A DNA stretch of 64,000 nt, counting the filler, from Streblomastix strix (Eukaryota): NCBI GenBank assembly GCA_008636045.1. It is 3 parts of 3 records of this genome, joined end to end, with 100 filler letters (N's around TTAATTAATTAA, not from the genome) between each part and the next. Parts side by side here need not be neighbours in the genome. Positions count along the whole stretch, not along the records: positions 1 to 21,788 come from SNRW01000353.1; 2 more parts are not named here. One strand, 5' to 3'. The position numbers were made by a program, and so were the translations under genes. The notes beneath the pieces were generated by a model. That model was given only the letters and a program-made list of their open reading frames with translations, was not told the DNA's origin and made no database searches. Of the stretch, positions 1 through 10,755 are shown in pieces; position 1 is the first letter of the stretch, and each line of letters begins with the position of its first letter.

Positions 1-61
1 AAGCTGCGGATTTTGTAACTTATGAGTTCCTTCTCCATCCTACCTAAGGCAAGACATATCG

Positions 62-2395
62 CGGTTGGCCTCATTGATAGGAAAATTGAATTTGCTAATG
101 ATATTGATAAAGATAGGACGCTTGCATATGAGAAAAATAAATATAAGATTTAAGCATTAAATGCAAAAACTGGAATAGTTATATGTGGATTAACAGAAGT
201 GTTCTGACATATTTGAGATGGTGCAATAAATCAATTGCTATTAATCATCCAGTTCCTCTGAGAAACACACCACCCGAAGGGGTACTAACTACCGACGCAA
301 GCATAGAATAATGCGGCGCCACATTAGAAATAATAAACACAGGAAGAGAGATTAAACTGTCGGAAGCTTGGACCCCTCGGTGGAGACTGACCTCGTCCAA
401 TTAAAGAGAGACAACCACGATATGTCTTGCCTTAGGTAGGATGGAGAAGGAACTCATAAGTTACAAAATCCGCAGCTTTCGAATATAAACAGGTACAATG
501 TGTTGTAAACGTGTGAAAATTGTAAACGTGTGAACAATAAAAAAAAAATTTAATAATTCTATGAAAACTATCTTAGTTTTCAACATATCTATAAATTAAT
601 TTCAAAAAAAGTATATATTAAAAATTTTACCCGCAAAAAAATTATTTTTAATTTTAATATGAAAATTTAAAAATTTTTATTTAAATATATAAAAACTTAA
701 ATAATTTAAATTTTTAGCAATAAAAATTTAATTAAGATTTTTTTCCAATAATTTAAATATTTTTTTGTGAAATTATATATTGAATATGTATATATTTTGA
801 CAGTTTTTAGAAAATAATTTGAAATTTATTTTTTATTATTCACGTAATTATAATTTTCACGTGTTTACAAACTATTGTAATTCGAGCGTGGTGTTTAAGC
901 AGAATCGAGGTGCAGCTGTTCAAGCATTAGTTTCATTTATAAACATGATACTAGAGAAGGTAGAATTAATGCAAATATAGATATCGGTGCTTCATATTCC
1001 CGGAAAAAGTAATCAAGATGCAGACGCGTTGTCACGATTGTCCACGAGTGGGGATTACGATTTAAGATAAGAGATTTTAGAAGATACTCTGAGGTGTCCG
1101 GATGTTAGGCCGACTGTGGATGTCTTTGCAAACTGGCGAAACAGAAAATATTGGAAGTTTTGTTGTTTGATGGAAGATTGCTTGGCGTTAAAGAAGGACG
1201 GTTGAAGCTAAATTGGAAGAGAGAAACGCTGTTGTTGCATCCATCAATAATATTGATTTAAAGAGTATTAAATAAAATAATGAAAAATTAAGTAGAAGGT
1301 GTAATCATAATTCCTATTTGAGAAGCACAAGATTGGTCGTCTGCGTTCCGGAGCGTTCTAGTTAGTCAAGTTCATGTGGGAAAATGTGCAAAAGTGCTAG
1401 TCCTAGGCGGTTGCATGAGAAAATAAAGACGGTATCTCCAATCAGAAGATTTCTTAGTAGAAAAGTCCAAGGGGAAAAAGGAGAAGAAATATTCTTCGAA
1501 CAAGCTCGATTAAGAGGGCTAAGTGATGATGCCATTAACAGTTCAGTCTAAGGTTGGCTCACTGCCTGGAGGAGGCACAGATAGAGGATCGGATAGTTCA
1601 TTGATTACTGGAAAGGAATAGGAGTTTCATTACAAGATTTGATATCACATAAGGATCCTGAAACAGAAATAATCAATTATGTTATATATTTGATGTAGAA
1701 TAAAGCATCAGCAAACAATATCGTTGAAAGTGAAGCTGCACTAACATTATTGTTTAAGGTATCTGGACGAAAAAACTTATAGAATTAAGGGAAAATGCTA
1801 TAGTTAATTATGATAAAATTTAGAGCAGCGCTGAAAAAGACACAAAAAGAAGAATCAATCAACAATTTTGATGACTTACTCTAGATGCTTGACAAGTAAG
1901 CAAGAAATATTGGACAAATATCAGAGAAATCTATGATAAAATGCACTATTGTTTCAACAGTGATATTCTCAGTGCTTCGGTTGGCAGAGGTGTTGATATC
2001 AGAGGCGATAAAATGCGATAATGGAATATGGTAATTATCACTTCACCATCTTTTTGGTTAACAGCGTGGATTAATAGCAATTAAAAGAGAATAAAAGCAG
2101 AGAATCTTTGGTATCTCATGAAGACAAAGAGAGTGACTTCGGTTGAATATGTCTCAAAAGCAGTGTATGAAATAATGAAACTTGCAGAAATATAGATGAC
2201 ATATTCGGTTCCATCAATAAGAGCTTTATCAGTAATTAAGCAGGTTAAAATGGGAGCGGTGAAATAAAAGATTAATCGAATGATAAGGCATAAGAAAGGG
2301 CCGAATACAGTGGCAAAGTTTTATGATAAGACCTATAATGATGTAATAAGAGAAATATTAGCAACTTTCAAAAGACATAATCTTTTTAATAAAAA
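62..2395 (+). mobile_element. Decayed DIRS-type (tyrosine recombinase) retrotransposon: RT C-terminus/RNase H, methyltransferase-like domain, tyrosine recombinase
   Basis: With TAR=Gln it reads RLASLIGKLN (RT end), then RNase H motifs LTTDAS..GATL..W..SSNQRE..RIQT[G]NSSVV..HIPGKSNQDADALSR. Next come PTVDVFAN..NRK..NWKRETLLLHP (DIRS MT-like domain) and a YR ORF with LRLAEV..SIR..RH..FYDK. It contains TGA stops and frameshifts. Confidence 0.88.
496..877. mobile_element. MITE (~380 bp, Tc1/mariner-like TA duplication) inserted in the DIRS RNase H domain
   Basis: Imperfect ~50-bp TIRs (CAATGTGTTGTAAACGTGTGAAAATT vs rc CAATAGTTTGTAAACACGTGAAAATT) are flanked by TA at 494-495 and 878-879. Removing the insert restores the in-frame RIQTGNSSVVF. 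Confidence 0.85.
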
Positions 2396-2849
2396 ACACT
2401 AGAAGTATATGGAAATAATATATATGGGCTGTATCAGAGAGCACTAATTCTGCCACGCTATTTGTACCCATAATCTCCGCACCAAATTACTATCAACACA
2501 AAGGCCTAATTTAGCCGTGATAATTGTACCCATAATTTCCACAGCTGGTGACTATACTTCCAAATCCCCATAATCTCCATGTCTGGTGACAATTTAATCA
2601 ATATGATATATATATATTTTACAACAGACAACTATTTTATTCACGCTATTTATACCCATAAACACTATGACAAAATGAACACAATCCATCAATATCATGC
2701 ACAAATAATATGAATTAATAAAAAAAATGCATAAAATTATACAAAATTATTTGAAAAATAAAAGTCATATTTTCAAAATTAATGAAAAAATTTAACAATT
2801 TCAACCTCCAATTTCTTCACCGTCTGATTGATTAATTATATCACTTACT

Positions 2850-5800
2850 TCTATGTACAGTCTATATTACTACGTACTTCATAAATATGTATATTAATTA
2901 GCATAATGTTATGGGACTGTATGTTTAAATAATATGAAATAAATTACTAAAATTGATAATAATAAAAGTAGAATTAATGATGCTATTAAACTGTTTCACT
3001 AATTCCATGACATTAACCCAAGCAGCAGATTAAATAAAGCTAATAAATAATTACTCGAACAATTTAATGATTTCAATTATGTAACGGATCTAGAACGATA
3101 TCAATCGATATTCAAGCGTAACGTAATAACATATATATGTGATGATAAAGCGATGAAAACAAGATAAGATTAACCTGAATGATTCAGTAAATTTGATGAA
3201 CATATTATTGACAAAGATTTTCAAACTGTTAACGTATTATTAGTTCCATTGTCATTTATTGATGAAATCCATGCAATGTATATTAGTGACATTGATAAAG
3301 TAATTAATAGAAAACTTTGCCCCTGCAATTGTTAGAAAATATTTAGTACTAAGAATTAATATTACAGGCGTGATCTTGCAAGGCATTTGAAGTATTGCTA
3401 GGGGCTACAATCAGCTAAGTAAGTTAGATTTGATCATTTGCCAAAGCAATATTATCCATATATATCAAATGATAAGCTACTTTAGAAATTAATAGCAACA
3501 GGCTAATAGGAATTGTTAACACTTATACTTAATTATATTACATTTGATTTTGAGACAATAGAGAACATAATTAATGTAGATAATTTTATTGCTTAATTAG
3601 AACCATTATCTGTAGCATCAGCTGCAACAATAAATGATTAAATTACTACGCTATATTTTGATTTACGAAATGGAACTGAATTTATAGAATAATGGATAAG
3701 TTAATTGTTTGAAGTTGCTATTAAAGTTAATGAAGATAATTAATCAAACATACCAGATGTTACAATTGAAAATAAACATTATGAACCATATAAGCCTAAA
3801 GTATCAGTTATAGGATTCAGTTCTAAGAAATTTGATATGAATTTGTTATTCAAACACCTAATTAAAAATATGACTAAAATTTAATATATGGGATCAACAA
3901 CTCAAGCTAAATAGACAATTGTATCGCATTAAGATTATAATTTTGATTTGAGATTTATTGATGTATTATCTGTCATTCCACTAAACAATACATTAAAAAA
4001 GTTCGTTGAGAAATTTGGAACTAATAGTGTAAAATTAACATTGGGTATATTTCCACATGGATCATTCAATTGTGATAACTATCAATTAATAATAGGATAA
4101 TCAACACCGTTTGTTAAGAAAGATTTCTATGATAAACGTAATAATAAGAATATTAAAGAAGAAGATTATGAACAGTATATTAATGATTCAATCAATTTTA
4201 CTGATAGATGGGAGTATATAATGCACTATAATATCAGGGATGTTACATATATGATCAACTCTATCAATCATCTAATTCAAATTACGTGGAAAGAGAAAGT
4301 TGATATGTTAGGTTGCATATCATTTGCACAAATTGCTAGATAAATTAAATACTAGTACTGCTATGATAAGTTCGATATCAATGCAAGTTATAATATAGTT
4401 ATTGGGTTTGAATAATTCGAAGTTACTTAATACTGGTGGCGTAACAAAGATAAGGGATATGTTTCCCAAGACCGTTATGCAAAAAGAGATACTACTAATA
4501 ATGTTACCGAAGATGATATTGATTATATTAGAGATAAGGTAGTTAGTAAAACATGTAATCTATGTCATAATAAATTCACTAAAGAATACAAACCCACATT
4601 AGACAGAATAGATAATTCAATTGGTCATACAAAGTAGAATTGTCAACTATCATGTCAAATATGTAATACAGTTAAGGCTGACAAAGATATTAATATTAGT
4701 AAATTAAAAATACAATTTATGCAATATGCTATTCAAGAACATTTACCTATGACAATTAATAATGAATCTATATATAATATGGAAAAGGAATGTATGTAAG
4801 GTTGCATATCTAATGTGTATCATTAATTATAGTTTAAAAGGAATCACGCACATTAATGTACTTATTTATAATCATGTAACTAAAACAAAAACATCATATG
4901 ACACCTTACATACAATTGCTTATATACTTGACTTAGATTTCAACTCTTTCTATCTAAGTGTATTTAGTGGTATATTCAACAAAAATAACCCTTTTACTAA
5001 TCATAGAATATATCAATCTGGTGGATTGACTAATTACTTCAAATGTACATCTAATAGCTCGAAATAGAAAGTTTATGATATAATTATGAGTGTTGATAGA
5101 TCCACTGATAAAGGATAACTATTCTGTTTCAAAATTAAAGGTCACATTAATGAAAAACACATTAATTCACACATAAATTTAATACCAATATGGAGAAAAT
5201 TAACATATAACAATTCCGTAGAACAGATAGGTGAATTTATGTACAATAAGATGAAATCATAGAGTCCGATTGTTGACAAATCAACTACAAAACTAACATC
5301 ATTGTTATCAACACACAATCAATTTATGTGCTTCACTAGTTATATTTTATGGTTCTTGATTGATTATTGTAATTTTATTTTTGATGATATTGATTCAATT
5401 GCACTAAATGACTGACACTTAGGATTTGAATCATTTGTATGTACAATGATGAGTAAAAGATATAACGCAATTAGCAAATATAATGATAGCATTTATGACG
5501 CTAACTGAGTTAGGACAAAATCACTTCACTACAAACAAATTCTAAATAATGCTTTTGGTGGTGAGGGGTAAAATAATGCTAAATTTGATAAGATATCCTT
5601 TGACAATGCTAGACTTGCATCAATCAAATAATTAAAATAGTGCCATAAAGCAATAAGGAAAATAAGTGATAATATATACAATTCTGATGGTGAAGTTATT
5701 GAAGAGGCATAATATATGGTTAGTGAATCACCTAAACAATTTAAGTGTAATAAGCCTCTTCAAGAAGCGGTATTTACATTAGACAATAGCAAATTCTGGT

Positions 5801-6381
5801 ATCTAAATTTTGTAAATAACTTCCTCTATTAATATATTTGTATGGATAGTGTTCTGTTCTGTAATTTGGATATTGACTCAATGTATTTAGCTATTGTAGA
5901 ATCATTAATTGAAAGTTACAAATACGGATTGAAGTATGTGATTAAAGACTAGAGGTTCTTTGACTAACACTATAAAGAGTGGTTTCCATGGAATGATTGT
6001 ACTGTTGCTTAAGAGAAGAAATTAATAGGTATAACTACTGAATCATAAGGTGAAAATATCGTTTGTCTTGCACGTAAAAGCTATAGTTTATGTAACAGAA
6101 ATGAATAAAATGATGACATAGTTTCATTGGTGAATAGGATGAAAAGAGTTAGTGAAAAGAAGGCTAATCTCACAACTAATGACTACATTAAACGCTTGAA
6201 TGATGGGTGAAATATCAATGTTACAACAAATAGTTTATAGACGAAAATGTATGTAATGTCAATGATAAGTATGGAAAAATCAGCGCTCACAGTAGTTCAT
6301 AATAAAATGGTTGTGTTATCTATCGGATTTTGTGCACCATTTATGTATGGAGTAAGTGCAGATCATTACTTAATTGAGTGA
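2850..6381 (+). pseudogene. Protein-primed family B DNA polymerase (pPolB), decayed, with inserted HNH-like domain
   Basis: Exonuclease motifs: ExoI TFDFET (~3540), ExoII GFSSKKFD, ExoIII HYNIRDV. Polymerase motifs: A LDLDFNSFYLS, B KQILNNAFG, C NLDIDSMY, plus CLARKSY. In-frame TGA occurs at 3180, 5506 and 6208, with a frameshift near 4825 and the final TGA at 6379-6381. The start is approximate. Confidence 0.88.
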
Positions 6382-6538
6382 TGTTGGATTATTTTTGATG
6401 ATGAATGTACCAAAGATATTTGATTAGCATCTATGCCGCATCATATGTACATCACATTGATGAATTGTACTCATTTTGTCATAAGGTTTATGGGTATAAA
6501 TAGCGTGAATAAAACAGTTGTCTGTTGTAAAAAAAATA

Positions 6539-6978
6539 CAGTAAAATCCGGCTAATTCGCACAATCGTTGGCGAAAAAAATGCTAGTGCGAATTAACTTA
6601 ATTCGCAATTTTATAAGTAAAAAAATCAAAGAATTTTTTTTAAATTTCAAAAAAATAACTATTTTTTCGATTTTTTTTTTAAAATTAAAAAAATCTTTGT
6701 ATTTTTGAAAATTTTATGTAAGAAATTGTATGAACTGTAATTTATTATAATAAACTTTAAATATTTACATTAAATATTAAAATTTTTTATAATTAATTTA
6801 AGATACAAAAATTATTTTTCTAAATTTATTATGTTTTAAGTGCGAATTATAAAATTTTTGTGCGAATTATCTATAAGAAATTAATAGAGAAACAGTGAGA
6901 TTTCCTCAAATAATATAATAGTGCGAATTATACATATGGTGCTAATTAACCGGTGTGCGAATTAACCGGATTATACTA
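6539..6978. mobile_element. MITE (440 bp, pogo/Tigger-like CAGT ends) inserted in the right TIR of the Polinton-like element
   Basis: TIR CAGTAAAATCCGGCTAATTCGCAC vs rc TAGTATAATCCGGTTAATTCGCAC, with TA on both sides and repeated internal TGCGAATT motifs. The left TIR shows the empty (TA)n site at ~2606-2616. Confidence 0.87.
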
Positions 6979-7420
6979 TATATCATATTGATCAAATTGT
7001 TACGGGAAGTGCAGATTATGGGTACAAATAGCGCGGCAGAATTAGTGCTCTCTGGTGCAGCTCATATTTATTAGTTATTTTTAATCATTGTTTCTTTTGA
7101 TTATGTTTTTAATATGTTATTATTTTGATTTTATTTTAACTAACGTTATTTTTATTGTTAATCTTTGGTGACCTATTTATTAGAATGATCTAGAGCATGT
7201 CTGTAAGCCAGTCATATAAAGTAAAAAGAAAGAAAATTTTCGAAGAACAATTTTGTTATTTCCATTATTTGAATTAATTTTATTAATATTAGTTTTACTG
7301 TTACGAACCACTATATTTAAACACTTCGCGAATCATTTGAGCTAGTTGACTGGGCCCTTTTATCACTAACGTTGCCAGTTTCATTAATAAAAACTTGCTC
7401 TAGATTTCAATGGATTGATA

Positions 7421-7587
7421 CAACCATCTTCTGAATGTAAATGTCCAGAAGTAGTTTCAGGAAGTTACACGAAAGCGAAATGCGAAAAAGATAAGGCTGT
7501 TATTCTTGGATCTTCAGGATCAATAAGAATAGGTCTTTAATGATTTCAGCAGTTGTTGTACTTCCAATTCTTGTATTGCTATTTTGA
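7421..7587 (+). pseudogene. 3' fragment of a surface-protein gene paralogous to 56108-57213
   Basis: QPSSECKCPEVVSGSYTKAKCEKDK..ILGSSGSIRIGL..VLPILVLLF* matches 57040-57213. The downstream non-coding sequence also matches (to ~7890 vs ~57520). Confidence 0.7.
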
Positions 7588-8759
7588 TTGAAAGATGAAA
7601 AATTCATTCGAGAATTGAATGCAAAAATGTTTAGATGAATATAGACAGCAAAGTTGTATATTGCTTTGATTCCTATCACTTATTATATTTAATTTTCACT
7701 AGCATTTTTTGAGCTTTAAATTGTAATTTGTAATCACTAGTCTTATTTACACTTCATAATAGAATCAATACTGAAATAAGTAATATGATCCTGCTTGAAT
7801 ATTTTATTAGCTGTATATATTTATAGCTGATGTGCAAAATTCTTGCATCAGTTGATATTTGAAATATAACAAATAAGACTAAAATTGTATCAAAATTTTT
7901 ATCAAAATCTAAATTTCAAAACAATTCAGAAGAAAAATCAAAACTCGCACAAATCGCATCAAATGTATTAATAGCAGCAGTAACTATGAGAATATTTCCA
8001 ATTCGTTTGGGAAAGATAAGGATGTCTATCACTACCCCATTTTGTGATTATAGGATGTTATTTAAGATAATTTTTATTTTGAATTATCTCCTTTAACAAT
8101 AATCAGCGACCTTGATGCATGTTTAAGATCAGTAGTTTAGCTTGTTCGTAATAAAACAATTAAATCATTATCAATATGATCCAGATTGAAATTTCTTACC
8201 GCAAAATTTTATTTATTAAAAAAGGATTTAGAAATGATTTAAATAAAATTAATTCGTATTTACATTTATGATAAATACGGAAATAAAATATGATTAAAGT
8301 TGTTGACATTTAACTTTAATAATTAATTTGATAAATATAAAAGTCTTTGAGATACAAAAGAACAAAATTTTCTTATAAATAAGACGATGATTTAAAAATA
8401 ATAAAAATTTAAAAAAAAAAATTATTAGTATTTTACAATTATTAACAATACAAATAAATAATGAATTTAATATTAAAAATTAAATGATAGTGGAAATAAA
8501 TGAGAAGATAATTTTGAGATTAACGATTGTGAAACAAAAGTTAAAGAAGAAATTATATTTACAAAAAATTTAAAAATTTGAAAATATTTCTTAAATAAAA
8601 TACAAATTCTACAGTTAAATTATATAAAACCCGAAAAATATTAACTAGATGATTTGTCAAATAAAATATTAATATTACAAGATTAAAGTAAATAAAATTG
8701 AAAATTATTTAATATCAACAAATTATAATAATAATATAATAATATTCTTCAAAATAAAT

Positions 8760-10646
8760 TCAAAGAATAATGCAACATTAACATTTATTATTATTATTAT
8801 TATCATCTTAAAACGAATTTGTCTTTTCATCCACATTAATTTATTACTGATTTATTGAAATGTTTATTTAATTTGTTTGATTATTTAACTATTCTTGTGC
8901 AATTTAGCTCTTCACCTCAATGTCTTTATTATTTGTATTCATTGATTATTATTATGAAAATTACTAATCTTAAATATCAACATCTAAGCTCCAAGCGTTA
9001 TGTTATTATTAAAGCGATAATGAATTTTATTGTTTAGATTTATATTCATTATATGTTTTATTTTTTGATATATTTTATGAATTTATAAATGAATTTGTCA
9101 ATGATAATTATGTAATAGGTTTATTTTGAATAAATGATTTCATTAAAAATGAAGAAGCATCATCATTCATCATTGAACATTATTAAGATGAAAATGTTCC
9201 TTATTTATTAATATTTGCTAATTGTTATAATGAAATATTTAGAAGATATGGCTTTTGATCAGATAATATAGATAATGGATTTTGATCAGATAATATAGAT
9301 AATGAATTATCGTTAGGTAATAGTGAAGAAAAGATTTATTATGAATTACATAATGAATTTTTCATAGTATATGTATCATCTTAGATAGCATATTGCTATT
9401 GTGATCTTTTATTGCGAAATTCTGTATTTTAATTGCATTCTTTATAATTAATTTAATTTGGATGTTATTCTGGAGTATATTTTTTTTATTGTTCTTCGGA
9501 TAAATCAAATTGTTAATTAGAGTTACCAATTTCTAATGAATATATTGGAAATTGTTCTGGAATGGGAATACTTATTTCCAAATAAATGGAATTCTCTCTT
9601 TTATTAATGAATGAATTTTTCAATTATTTTTCTACAATTGAAACATTTTATTCTTAATTATTATTATTATTATTAGATTGTTTATTACGATTATCAAATT
9701 GTGGAGAAAATATTATATGTTGAATATTATCAGATTTCTTTTAATCTGTTTCAATACAAGCAATCTCTGGAGAAGGATTAATATTCATTTGATCAGAAGT
9801 AGAAATCAAATTTGTTTAGTTGAAGTTGAATATATTGGAATTTGGAGAGAATTCAAATATTTGAGAAGCTGATTGCATTGAAGTTCGATGGGGACTTAAA
9901 TATTAAAATGAACCAGATAATGGACATGTTTATGTAATATACGAATAAGGACTTATTGATTTATCCAATTTCACGTTTTCATCTTTAATTCCTGTTTATA
10001 GTGAAGATTAAGATGATAAATGTTAAATATTGTGTTAATTAATTGAATTTTCTTGTTAACCTATTTAATGATGAAAATTTGTAGTTTAATTAATATTATT
10101 GATATCATCTCCATCTTCATTATTTAAATTAAATTGAAGTTTCAAATTTGAATCTGATTAATGTTTCCTAAAATTATTCTTTGAATTTTAATGATTATTC
10201 TTATAAAAAGATTAATTCGTAGTTTTATGTTATTTTAGATTTTCAAATTATTGATTACTTTAACTTCTATGGAAATTGTCTTTTATATTATGATTATTTT
10301 ATTAATTGCTGCTTTTATTTAAATCTTTATTATTTGAATATTATGATTATTTTTGAATATTATCAATTGATGGAGTTATTTATTGGGTATATTCTGTAAA
10401 CCATTAATTATGAGTTGAATTTGTAATATCGCTCATTATTGATGGAAATGAACCAATATTGCCAAGATAGTTCTCATCAGATATAATTAGATTAGATGAA
10501 AGATTTTGATTGTTTATATTCTTATTAATTGCTGCCATTTATCCTTATAATTAATATTTTGGATTTCCTGGAATTAATTATGTTTATGATTATTATTATG
10601 ACAATTGATATAATTAATCTGCATTTTCACTCAAATTAAACATTTT
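8760..10646 (-). pseudogene. Mirror copy of CK1-like kinase C-terminal tail
   Basis: Reverse complement of 11143-13029. Confidence 0.7.
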
Positions 10647-10755
10647 ATTCTTAATTATTATTATTATTATTAGATTGTTTATTACGATTATCAAATTGTG
10701 GAGAAAATATTATATGTTGAATATTATCAGATTTCTTTTAATCTGTTTCAATACA

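Larger units (their letters stand above)
2425..7064 (+). mobile_element. Polinton/Maverick-like TIR element (~4.6 kb) carrying only a pPolB gene
   Basis: Imperfect TIRs lie at 2425-~2705 and ~6443-7064 (TGRGCTGYAYCAGAGAGCACTAATTCTGCCRCGCTATTTGTACCCATAATCT...). The flanks TATATA/TATTTA may be a 6-bp TSD with one mismatch. The interior is a protein-primed PolB. Confidence 0.8.
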
